A stretch of DNA of 38,225 bases from positions 1 through 38,225 of the IMG/VR virus record IMGVR_UViG_3300005326_000035, one strand, 5' to 3'. Under the pieces are notes generated by a model. The model did no database searches and had not been told where the DNA came from. It saw only the letters and a program-made list of their open reading frames with translations. The stretch's first letter is position 1; each line of letters opens with the position of its first letter. A program made the translations under genes and the position numbers. Positions 1 to 8,517 of this stretch are shown piece after piece. The DNA is from a virus. Its lineage: Duplodnaviria; Caudoviricetes.

Positions 1-123
1 CTTATGATTGTAAAAAACTTGTTTCCTTTTGATTCATCTCTGGCAATATGCAGATATTCCAAATTCCCCAAACAAAGCAGGTGCAATTTCAGACTGATAG
101 CCGCCCTTAAGTCTTCGAGGCTA
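1..123. repeat. Terminal direct repeat (copy 1), probably circular-assembly overlap
   Basis: 1-123 is identical to 38103-38225; a minus-strand ORF reads cleanly across the joined ends. Confidence 0.95.
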
Positions 124-143
124 TCTGCAATTAATACGCTCAT
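1..143 (-). CDS. Small hypothetical protein (50 aa) spanning the circular junction; continues at 38102-38093
   Basis: Manual translation MSVLIADSLEDLRAAISLKLHLLCLGNLEYLHIARDESKGNKFFTIISYA*; starts 7 nt after the portal stop; its stop abuts the next ATG. Confidence 0.55.
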   Translation of the reverse strand, partial: MSVLIADSLEDLRAAISLKLHLLCLGNLEYLHIARDESKGNKFFTII

Positions 144-150
144 TGAAAGT

Positions 151-1479
151 TTAAGCTGGGGCATTTTCGCTCACATCAAACGCATTTGGATCGCCCAAAG
201 AAATACCAAGCGGAATAGCGGGTAAATCGCAGTAAGGTTCGCTCCTTTTGGCATAGCCCATATATTCCCTCTTTTCGTTAATTGATGCACCCATAGCCGT
301 TAAATTAGCCATTACTTCGGTAGGGGCTGCTTTTAATATTTCTATTTTATCGGTATTTAAGACAAATTTAACACCTTCTTCCATTTTACAGAATGCAGTG
401 TAATCTTCCAAAAACTCATTCATCAAAGGAATTGCCGCCTGCTCGTAAACCGCTTTCTTTGCTTCTTTGGCGTTTTCGTACTTTGATTGTCCATATACCA
501 CGTCAATAGGAACCCCATAGACAAAACAAAGTACCATCACATTGAATTTAGAACTATCCAAAAGAGATAGGTCTGCCGGAGTATCTCCAATTTTATGAAC
601 TTCTAAAGGATAAGGAATAAATGAATTATAATTTCCTTTATGTCTATCGTTCATCTCTTGTTTAAGATTCTCGGCCGCCTGCGCAGTAATCCCCCCGAAT
701 TGGTCAGGTTTAGGTGTTACAAGGTTGTTCACGCCCCCATTATCTAAAGCTGCGTTTTGCCTCTTATCTCCTTTTTCGAGCAACTGAATAATATTTGCAG
801 CCGATTGAAGCGGAGAAAGTCCATAAAAAGTATTGCTTTCGGTGTTGTATTCACGGGAAAACATTACATTTTTAGGGGAAAGGGTAGCTGTCAAAGAGTA
901 GGTATTTGGCAAAGAATAGCCCTTAATGGGTTGTGTCAAACCGCCTATGTTTATGGTTACATCTTGGCTTGGTAACAAATAAAGCTCTGTAAATTGGTTC
1001 TTACTTAAAGCCTTCCCCTCTAATCCATAAACAAAAGCATCTCCGGTAAGCATACGATTGATCGCCCAACCCTTGATGAATTTTCTTTTGTTGTAAAGGT
1101 CATTTGGTTTATTAAGCACCTTTTCCGCCCAATGGCCTTCAATAACTTTTTTGTCTTTACCCTGAACCTCGATATAGTCCGCTAATTCAGATATGGCGTT
1201 TCCTATGGTTGTACCTACTATTCCCCTGACAATGGCGTTTGACTTGTAGTAATCAACTAACTTCTTCCGGTCAACACTTGAAAATTCCAACAAAGCCACT
1301 CCGTTCTGAATGTACTTTGTCAAGTCTTTTAAATACTCGTTATTTAGATTATCGCCCCCGAAGTAGCCCTTTACTTGAAGTATCTCGGCTCTTAACCCCT
1401 CTATCTGCTTTGTCTCTTCGGTCAAAGTCTCGATTTTCCCCTGAAGCTCGCTGACCTTTTTCGTATTGAATATATCCAT
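151..1479 (-). CDS. Phage portal protein (HK97-like)
   Basis: LNKPN, GDAFVY, YGLSPLQSA and YGVP-type portal motifs; follows TerL. Confidence 0.92.
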   Translation of the reverse strand: MDIFNTKKVSELQGKIETLTEETKQIEGLRAEILQVKGYFGGDNLNNEYLKDLTKYIQNGVALLEFSSVDRKKLVDYYKSNAIVRGIVGTTIGNAISELADYIEVQGKDKKVIEGHWAEKVLNKPNDLYNKRKFIKGWAINRMLTGDAFVYGLEGKALSKNQFTELYLLPSQDVTINIGGLTQPIKGYSLPNTYSLTATLSPKNVMFSREYNTESNTFYGLSPLQSAANIIQLLEKGDKRQNAALDNGGVNNLVTPKPDQFGGITAQAAENLKQEMNDRHKGNYNSFIPYPLEVHKIGDTPADLSLLDSSKFNVMVLCFVYGVPIDVVYGQSKYENAKEAKKAVYEQAAIPLMNEFLEDYTAFCKMEEGVKFVLNTDKIEILKAAPTEVMANLTAMGASINEKREYMGYAKRSEPYCDLPAIPLGISLGDPNAFDVSENAPA

Positions 1480-1495
1480 TTTCGCCTATTTTTTG

Positions 1496-1561
1496 CAATA
1501 ATAATAATATTATCGCCTACTTATTGGCTTTTGGAATGGATGCAATTTATTTTTAAAGCTA
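1496..1561 (-). promoter_or_regulatory. Putative late promoter for the portal gene
   Basis: TAGCTTTAAAAATAAATTG (1543-1561), 39-nt spacer, then -7-like TATTATTG (1496-1503); same layout at 23445-23510 and 37114-37179. Confidence 0.6.
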
Positions 1562-2953
1562 CTTTTCGCCCATATCATTAACAACACCTAATCGCCTAAG
1601 ATGCGTAACTGCTCCATAAAGAGTTGCGTCAATCAAGTGGTCGTCTCCGTCTTGTGGTTCATTAATCAGAATCTTCTCGTCTCCCTTTTTCTTTAACCAC
1701 TTGTAATCATCTACCTCATCGGCTAAATTTATGCTGCTTTCCGTATAAAACACATTGAAGTATTTTAAAAATTCTATCCGGCCTACCTTGTCCGTGTTTA
1801 CGGCTCCCATTGATGAAATCCCGTAAGCACTTCTAAGTTCGGCTATATGTTCTGGTCTCGACGGGTCGCAATATACTTCTGTTAGTATATCTCTAACAGT
1901 ATTAATTTGACGGGTATATAGTGAAGCATTAATATCTATATCTAATTTTTCATAAGTCATTAAATCGGCTATTTTGCCATTATAATGGATTTGCTTATTT
2001 TCGATATAAATTTCATTCTCCGCGTCTTGATAAATAAATGTCCGCTTGTTTCGGAAATCACTTTTAATCTTTTGAGAGATAGTATTGTTTTGTAACTCCT
2101 TTTGATAGCATATTTCGTGCAAATAAAGAGCGTTTATCTTATTGTCATAGCAAATTCTTACTATTGCAGTAGGGTCATTCGAAAATCCCCAGTCCAAACC
2201 ATACCAACAAGGTAAATTCGTAGGGTAATCAGAATCTTTTATACTTCTCCAATTCTTAAAGATAACCCCTTCGGCTTGTTTTGCCCAATGGCCTAAGAAA
2301 ATGTTATCGTATCTATCCGGGTCTTTCTTTGCTTTCTCCGCCAACTCTAAAAATGTAGCATCTAAATTCTGTATGTTGTCTAAATAGGTCGTATGGATAT
2401 AAGTGCAATCACCAACAACCCTATTACAAACATCGAAAACGCCCCTTTCCTTAAAGAATTTCCGGTAAATCATATGTTTTATTGAAGGCGGATTTAAGAC
2501 TAAAATAACCTCGTTAGCTTCGCCTTTCTTTCTTACTGAAAGGTCGATTTTATCAAACATATCTTCATCGGTCATTTCTTCGGCCTCGTCGAGTACCCAA
2601 GTGGTAATGTTATTTATGGATTTAAGGTTTGCAGTCTGTTTGCCGGAAGATGCCTTTAGCCCCCTGAAAAGAATTGTAGAACCCGTTTGAATATTAACAA
2701 TAGAATTTGCCGTGCGGGTAAACTGTTCCTCTAATCCCATTAACTCTACCTTTTCCCAAAACTCAGGTATAATGGAAATCTCTGCGGAAGTCATTGTAAA
2801 GCGGGTAAATAGAATAGTCTTACCCTCTTGAAAGGTTCGCATCAATAGAGCAACGGACAAAGCAAAGGATTTTCCACTACCTCGGCCACCGGTTACAACT
2901 GCATAACGCGTTTTTAATTGAAATAAAGGCTGGTATTGTTCAATCAGATCCAT
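1559..2953 (-). CDS. terL: Terminase large subunit (PBSX/XtmB family)
   Basis: Walker A GGRGSGKS, Walker B WVLDEAEE, LNP motif, nuclease GLDWGFSNDP and DDHLIDA. Confidence 0.95.
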   Translation of the reverse strand: MDLIEQYQPLFQLKTRYAVVTGGRGSGKSFALSVALLMRTFQEGKTILFTRFTMTSAEISIIPEFWEKVELMGLEEQFTRTANSIVNIQTGSTILFRGLKASSGKQTANLKSINNITTWVLDEAEEMTDEDMFDKIDLSVRKKGEANEVILVLNPPSIKHMIYRKFFKERGVFDVCNRVVGDCTYIHTTYLDNIQNLDATFLELAEKAKKDPDRYDNIFLGHWAKQAEGVIFKNWRSIKDSDYPTNLPCWYGLDWGFSNDPTAIVRICYDNKINALYLHEICYQKELQNNTISQKIKSDFRNKRTFIYQDAENEIYIENKQIHYNGKIADLMTYEKLDIDINASLYTRQINTVRDILTEVYCDPSRPEHIAELRSAYGISSMGAVNTDKVGRIEFLKYFNVFYTESSINLADEVDDYKWLKKKGDEKILINEPQDGDDHLIDATLYGAVTHLRRLGVVNDMGEK

Positions 2954-3362
2954 TCTTGATAAAATTAATTACCGGTTGAACATTCTCCTTAACCCTTAAA
3001 TCAATCTCGGACTTATCTCCGTATTTTTTAGGGTGCAACTTTGATAAAAACCATTTACGCGTTTCAACCCTTAATCTATCCCTTTGGACTACCTTTTGGT
3101 TTTCGATAGACACGCCGTCCTTATATATAACATCTTCGGCCGCATCATCTGCTATTTCAAGCGTTTCCTCGAATATAAGGTCAGCTCTTTGTGCGCACGC
3201 GCGCGCGTATTTATTCGCTTTCTCTGCATCGTTTTCAAGTATCTCATAAAAAGTACTTGGTGATAGTTTCCTCTCTATGGCCTTGTATGCAGGTTTCCCT
3301 CCTGATATTTCATTTAGAATATCATCAAACTTTAAATCTATCTCCTCTTTGCTATATGCCAT
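2940..3362 (-). CDS. terS: Terminase small subunit (Sf6-like)
   Basis: YARA...EIADD...RDRLRVETRKWFLSKLHPKKYGD signature; overlaps the TerL start. Confidence 0.88.
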   Translation of the reverse strand: MAYSKEEIDLKFDDILNEISGGKPAYKAIERKLSPSTFYEILENDAEKANKYARACAQRADLIFEETLEIADDAAEDVIYKDGVSIENQKVVQRDRLRVETRKWFLSKLHPKKYGDKSEIDLRVKENVQPVINFIKNGSD

Positions 3363-3443
3363 TTTACCCTCCTTTGCTTACTATTTTATAGTTCGCTCAG
3401 CGCACGGAAACAAAATATGTAAGTATTTCGCCTCGTTTTGCTT

Positions 3444-4424
3444 TTAATTTTTATTCTTTTCCCACTTCCAAGCCGTTTCTAAAATCTCGGTTAGTGGTGT
3501 TTCTGCTTTCCAGTCCAATTCTTTATTTGCCTTACTTGAATCGGCGTAAATCTCTTTTATATCCCCTGCCCTTCGTGGGGCAATTTCATAAGGCACTTTT
3601 ATTCCCGTTGCTTCCTCGAATGAATTGACCATTTCCAAAACAGATACCCCTTTGCCGGTTCCTAAATTATATACCTCAAATATAGGCTTTTTAATTAACT
3701 TCTCCAACGCTTTTATGTGGGCTTTGGCTAAATCGACTACATAGATATAATCCCTTATACAAGTTCCGTCCGGGGTGTTGTAATCGTTTCCGTAGATTTT
3801 TAGCTTGTCTCTCTTTCCTGCGGCTACCTCGGTTAAATAAGGAAGTAGGTTTTGAGGCTCTCCGTTTGGATCCTCCCCAATCAATCCCGAAGGGTGCGCC
3901 CCAATAGGATTAAAGTACCTCAAACAAATTGCGTTCCCTCTGTCTTTTAAAATCTGCTCGCACATTACTTTAGTCTGTCCGTAAGGAGACATCGGCTTAA
4001 TCTCGGCATCTTCGGTAATTGGCAGAGTATCGGGATTGCCATAAATCGTACAAGAAGAAGAAAAAATAACCGGCACATTCGGGAAGTAATTTAGCACATT
4101 CAATAAAGAATCTAAGTTGTTTTTGTAGTATTTTAATGGCTTTTCGATACTCTCGGAAACAGACTTATACCCTGCAAAGTGAATAATTGCGTCAAACTTA
4201 AAAGCCTTTGAAATTGCGGCCATTTGTGATTGATTTGCACAATCTAAATAATACATCTTTACAGGCTCTTGAATAATATAATTAATAGAATCAAATACAT
4301 CATCTTTGGAGTTTGAGAAGTTATCCCCACAAACCACATCGTAGCCCGATTGGATTAACTCAACTATTGTATGCGAGCCAATATATCCCGCACCGCCTGT
4401 TACTAAAATTTTCATAAATTTCAT
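3444..4424 (-). CDS. galE: UDP-glucose 4-epimerase
   Basis: ILVTGGAGYIGSHT, FSSSCTIYG, YGQTK (YxxxK), LRYFNPIGAHPSG, DGTCIRDYI; start may be 4415. Confidence 0.95.
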   Translation of the reverse strand: MKFMKILVTGGAGYIGSHTIVELIQSGYDVVCGDNFSNSKDDVFDSINYIIQEPVKMYYLDCANQSQMAAISKAFKFDAIIHFAGYKSVSESIEKPLKYYKNNLDSLLNVLNYFPNVPVIFSSSCTIYGNPDTLPITEDAEIKPMSPYGQTKVMCEQILKDRGNAICLRYFNPIGAHPSGLIGEDPNGEPQNLLPYLTEVAAGKRDKLKIYGNDYNTPDGTCIRDYIYVVDLAKAHIKALEKLIKKPIFEVYNLGTGKGVSVLEMVNSFEEATGIKVPYEIAPRRAGDIKEIYADSSKANKELDWKAETPLTEILETAWKWEKNKN

Positions 4425-4426
4425 CT

Positions 4427-4651
4427 TTAATCGTTTCCCTCAACCTGCCCCGCATCATCATTCTCATATTTGACAATATCGGACATAGGAGGATTGACCT
4501 TGCCCATTTGTTCGGGGTGTTGCCGAAAATAATTAACAACCTCTTCCCAATCGTTCCGGTCAGTAATTATGTGTGCGGAATCTATGTTCAAAGACCGCTC
4601 CATTTGCGGGTGTCTGTGCAGGTAATTAAGCCCAATTATTTTCATATCCAT
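4427..4651 (-). CDS. Hypothetical protein
   Basis: Tightly packed in the operon; A-rich start context identical over 15 bp to that of the RecE-like gene. Confidence 0.65.
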   Translation of the reverse strand: MDMKIIGLNYLHRHPQMERSLNIDSAHIITDRNDWEEVVNYFRQHPEQMGKVNPPMSDIVKYENDDAGQVEGND

Positions 4652-4663
4652 AATATAGTTTTT

Positions 4664-5248
4664 TTATAAATAAAATCTTGTAACCCCCTCATTAACTCCC
4701 TCCTGATAGAAGTAAAACCCCTTTTTAGGCACTAAGAAGTTGTACTTGTCCGAAGCCTTAGCCAAGTGGACATCATTGAATTCTCCCTTGCTTATGGCCT
4801 TTGTGTAGGCTTCCCAAATGATATTAGCTCCGTTGGCATCGGGTATGAGAATTGCGTGTGCGGAAAGCATATACAAAACTCTCAAATAATCATCGTCAAA
4901 TAGCCCTAATCCCATAGGCGGCAATTGTGGATCCCAATATCTCGAACCACCTAAATAAATCAAATCCGCTTCGGCCGGAATAGGAATCTCCTTTGGGAAA
5001 TCCTGCATCGGCAAACAATCGTCCTCAAAAAGAATGTACGGATAGTGCTTTTTCGTATCGGCCATTTCAATAGCCATAAGGTGTGCTCTTGACATTCGGT
5101 TGCATTTATTCGGGTCGGTGTCTATAAAAGGGTTAATCCTATAAGTAGAAGCCAAGCCCAAACCATTTACCACCTCTTCGATTTTCTCCCGCCTTAAAAC
5201 ATAATGGTCGGGATTTATGTAATAGCCGTATATTTGCTTTGTTTTCAT
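4664..5248 (-). CDS. Glycosyltransferase family 25-like protein
   Basis: YYINP...RRE N-terminus, AHLMAIE, ILFEDDC, DLIYLG and LSAHA match the GT25 pattern; start taken at MKTKQ. Confidence 0.7.
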   Translation of the reverse strand: MKTKQIYGYYINPDHYVLRREKIEEVVNGLGLASTYRINPFIDTDPNKCNRMSRAHLMAIEMADTKKHYPYILFEDDCLPMQDFPKEIPIPAEADLIYLGGSRYWDPQLPPMGLGLFDDDYLRVLYMLSAHAILIPDANGANIIWEAYTKAISKGEFNDVHLAKASDKYNFLVPKKGFYFYQEGVNEGVTRFYL

Positions 5249-5259
5249 ACTACTTAATT

Positions 5260-6150
5260 TTATTCGCATAATCCGTGAAACATACTCATACAAGCATACC
5301 CTCCCGCTGGTTCGTACATATCCAAAGTTGCTGATTTACTTCTTACATAATTAACAACCTCTTGCACATAGGGATATGATTTATTAAAAATAAATCTTTT
5401 GGGTATGTAGGTTGGAGGGAAAAATGTACTTCCCTGTTCTCCCTCTCCCCCCAATGACTGCTCGGCATTAATTAATCGCTCTAACATTTTAGGTTCGTTA
5501 TTTGCAATATTTAATATCTCGCCCTGTCTGCACATTATGCAAGGAAAACAACCAACTCTTGAAAATCCCTTGTAATAAAGAGGATTAGGCACTTGGTTTG
5601 CATTCAATATGCAATCTATTACATTTTGTGCAGTCCATTCTTTAATTGGTCTTGATATTGTCGCATCATACTTTTTACACCACTCAATTATGTCCTTTTT
5701 TCTGTAAGAATAATACTTATCTCTTCCGTTTTTATCCTTTCCTAAACTCTGGAAATATCCCTTAAAATACATACATTCGGCCTCCATATTTGCCCTTGCT
5801 GTACTTTCTCCGCTTCTAATACCTTGTATAATTATTAAACTCTCCTTCTGCTCAAGTACCCAATCAATCATTGGTTTTACTTTTAGTTCTTCGGTACAAA
5901 ATCTTGCTTTTGTGCTTGGAAATCGCTTTTTGTGCTTAGCCAACCCGACAAAATCATATTGCCCCTTTATAGTTGTAAACTTAACCCCAGTTTTGGCTAT
6001 AACATAGTCGATATGCTTATATGTGTCGGGGTGTTCCCAACCCGTATCACAAAAGACCGCTTCTATCTTGTCAATGCCATATCTATTTATCGCTTCAACT
6101 AAACACGCTTGGCTGTCTTTCCCCCCACTAAATTGCACTACTACTTTCAT
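5260..6150 (-). CDS. Phosphoadenosine phosphosulfate reductase family protein
   Basis: FSGGKDS PP-loop, FCDTGWE, FCTEELK, GIRSGES..RA, RVGCFPC. Confidence 0.88.
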   Translation of the reverse strand: MKVVVQFSGGKDSQACLVEAINRYGIDKIEAVFCDTGWEHPDTYKHIDYVIAKTGVKFTTIKGQYDFVGLAKHKKRFPSTKARFCTEELKVKPMIDWVLEQKESLIIIQGIRSGESTARANMEAECMYFKGYFQSLGKDKNGRDKYYSYRKKDIIEWCKKYDATISRPIKEWTAQNVIDCILNANQVPNPLYYKGFSRVGCFPCIMCRQGEILNIANNEPKMLERLINAEQSLGGEGEQGSTFFPPTYIPKRFIFNKSYPYVQEVVNYVRSKSATLDMYEPAGGYACMSMFHGLCE

Positions 6151-6896
6151 ACCTCAATTACTTTTCCGTTCACAATATTAACATTTTTTTCTTTCAAAAG
6201 CAACAAATCTTTTTTAAGACCCTCTATATTTAAACTCATATCCCGCGTTTCCCCGATACCGCCTTTGTCCGATACCTCAAAAACGAAGTCTTTGCACTCA
6301 ATTGTTATTGGCCTTATGTAGTGAAAATGGCAGTTCAAAAAACTTTCGTCATTCCAGACGGGTTCGTAACCTATCTGTCTATCAGCATCTTGCCATTCTT
6401 TTAACTTTTTGCACAGCCACATAAATAAGTCTTTTTTACCGGAAAAAAACGCCCCATAGTAATAAGTCTGTGGGAGCTTCGTATCCTTAGGCACATACGC
6501 GCACGAATTAGGGTTTCTATCAAAGGGCTTTTCCTCTTTCATATAGGTTTGGTCTGCATAGTGTTGCCCCCCTACCAAATCGCCTATAAACCAATCTCCA
6601 AAGTCTTTGCTTACATTAGTGTCCGCATCAAAATACGCCAAATAATCACAATCCGTATCTTTCAGCGACAAAATAGAAGTGAATTTTGAGTTTGTGCCAT
6701 CTACCCAATTTGTATTTCTCAACTCCTTCCAAACGAAATTAAAGCCTTCGGGCAAATAGGGCTTAGGGTCGCAATCCGTAAATAGATAAAAAACTATCTC
6801 GGCAGTACCTCGATAAAATTGAGTGAATCTTTTGGCAAAGCGGATTCCGAGCGGAAAATATCCGTTTGTGCATAAGACTATTATTCCGATTTTCAT
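6147..6896 (-). CDS. Family 6 glycosyltransferase (ABO/alpha-1,3-Gal(NAc) transferase-like)
   Basis: KIGIIVLCTNGY, FYLFTD, YFDAD (DxD), YYYGAFFSG, WNDESFLN (cf. WHDESHLN). Confidence 0.88.
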   Translation of the reverse strand: MKIGIIVLCTNGYFPLGIRFAKRFTQFYRGTAEIVFYLFTDCDPKPYLPEGFNFVWKELRNTNWVDGTNSKFTSILSLKDTDCDYLAYFDADTNVSKDFGDWFIGDLVGGQHYADQTYMKEEKPFDRNPNSCAYVPKDTKLPQTYYYGAFFSGKKDLFMWLCKKLKEWQDADRQIGYEPVWNDESFLNCHFHYIRPITIECKDFVFEVSDKGGIGETRDMSLNIEGLKKDLLLLKEKNVNIVNGKVIEV

Positions 6897-6897
6897 A

Positions 6898-7167
6898 TTA
6901 TTTAATTGCTATTTTTAATATGGCACTGTTTATATTTAATTGCGATTTATCATATTGAATATTTTCTAAATAGGAGAATAAATTACTTTCCCAATTCTCC
7001 TTTGGTTTCTCTAAAAACCAATAGTCAGCATCAAATAAAAGGCATCTAATTTCACTCGCTTTAAATCCACTTGAGTGAACAGAAGTAAAAACTAAATCAT
7101 ATATTTCTAAATATTGGGTTTCTGTTAATCCAAAAATCATTTTTACGCCATCTTTTTCTGTAATCAT
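6898..7167 (-). CDS. Hypothetical protein
   Basis: 89-aa ORF with 1-nt gaps to both neighbours; AT-rich. Confidence 0.65.
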   Translation of the reverse strand: MITEKDGVKMIFGLTETQYLEIYDLVFTSVHSSGFKASEIRCLLFDADYWFLEKPKENWESNLFSYLENIQYDKSQLNINSAILKIAIK

Positions 7168-7168
7168 A

Positions 7169-7564
7169 TTAGTATTTTTTGCCGTGTTTATACTCCCTGC
7201 TTTGATTATATTGCAATTTTAGTTCAATATGTTTTTCAATGTCAATATTTAATCCACCGCACAAATCAAAGAGGCGAATAAATGTATCTGCAATTTCATC
7301 TTCAAAAGTATCCTTAAAACAACACTCAAAAGATTGCTTAAAATTTTCTTTTGTTTCAAATCGTTCTTGGTCTTGGTTCTTCCAAATCATTGCATCAAAA
7401 CCATTATAGTTGGCTTGCTTGTCCTTTCGATGTGCTTCTAATGCTTCTGAAAGTTCAGATACTACAAGCATCAAGGTTTGTCCAACATTTTCTTTTGAAA
7501 CATCAAATCCACGAAGCTTATTGCCCTCGTAAATTTGTTTTGATAATTTATTTAGATTATTCAT
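7169..7564 (-). CDS. MazG-like nucleotide pyrophosphohydrolase
   Basis: LVVSELSEALEAHR...EDEIADTFIRLFDL...KLQYNQSR (ExxE...ExxD). Confidence 0.85.
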   Translation of the reverse strand: MNNLNKLSKQIYEGNKLRGFDVSKENVGQTLMLVVSELSEALEAHRKDKQANYNGFDAMIWKNQDQERFETKENFKQSFECCFKDTFEDEIADTFIRLFDLCGGLNIDIEKHIELKLQYNQSREYKHGKKY

Positions 7565-7566
7565 AG

Positions 7567-8517
7567 TTATTTAATTTTACTAATTTTCCCAACCTTTTTA
7601 ACCCATTTATAATATTCGGCACTCGCGCCCTCTTTTAGTTTTAAATCGGTGTCGTAAGGTGTTTTATCTTGATAATCCGCTTTAAAAAACAAGCCTTGCT
7701 CGTTGTCCGTAACCCCTGCGTTATGGAAAATATTACACCTCTCAAAGTCGCTTATTTCGTCTTTCTTGCAGACCTTAGCACTTGCCCAGCTGAAATCAAA
7801 AGCAGGGTCAGAAATGGTCTTAAATCCCAATCTCCAAGCGTTCCAAAGTACAGCGAACATATCCGCACACCAAATTTGTAACTCGTGATAAGTCGGGTCT
7901 TTAGCCTTTAGTTGAGCGTTCAAATTATTCACTCTTACAAATAAATCCTCACTGTCCTTTTCAACCCTTGCCCAATACTCAGAAGTTACGTTTTTCATCA
8001 GATATTGTGCCCCGATAGTGCCCGAATTATTTAACTCGATAACCTTTTCGGGCAGTTCCATAACCTCGCACATCAAATCCATAACCTTTTGCCCTTTGCT
8101 CAAAATGTACTCTCGATTTAAATAATGCCCCACCTCGGAGCCGTACCAATTATCATCGTTTATCATTTCCTGCGTGATCCAATCAATCGGCTTCGTGAAA
8201 ATAATGTCGCAATCGTGGTAAAAAATAGCATCTTGAGAGAGTTCCGGGAATTTGGCAAAATGTTGTTTTAAGATATTCGGTCTTATTGACGAAACATAGT
8301 TTGGCAGCTCCCTCGTGTCGTTATAAAAGTGAAAAGTAACCGGATAACTCATAAGCCCTTTCCAACAATTAGGAATGATGCCCCCTACTTTATTGCAGAC
8401 AATATCGATTTGAGAGGGTTTTATGCCCATTTCAAGGAAGTTATTTATTAATACCTCTACTTGCCACGCATAATACAAACTTGCGGGTTGGCAGCAGATA
8501 AATCGGAGTTGTTTCAT
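7567..8517 (-). CDS. GT-A fold glycosyltransferase resembling plant HPAT/SRGT1 protein O-glycosyltransferases
   Basis: YYAWQVEVL, IRPNIL, FYHDCDIIFTKP (DxD), GAQYL, WCADMFA, IFHNAG; order and spacing resemble GT95/GT96 motifs as I recall them. Confidence 0.65.
   Translation of the reverse strand: MKQLRFICCQPASLYYAWQVEVLINNFLEMGIKPSQIDIVCNKVGGIIPNCWKGLMSYPVTFHFYNDTRELPNYVSSIRPNILKQHFAKFPELSQDAIFYHDCDIIFTKPIDWITQEMINDDNWYGSEVGHYLNREYILSKGQKVMDLMCEVMELPEKVIELNNSGTIGAQYLMKNVTSEYWARVEKDSEDLFVRVNNLNAQLKAKDPTYHELQIWCADMFAVLWNAWRLGFKTISDPAFDFSWASAKVCKKDEISDFERCNIFHNAGVTDNEQGLFFKADYQDKTPYDTDLKLKEGASAEYYKWVKKVGKISKIK

Noticed and set aside
1-123. Biological terminal repeat
   Set aside because: It cuts through an ORF between portal and the gpF-like gene; more consistent with assembler overlap, though reads are needed to be sure.
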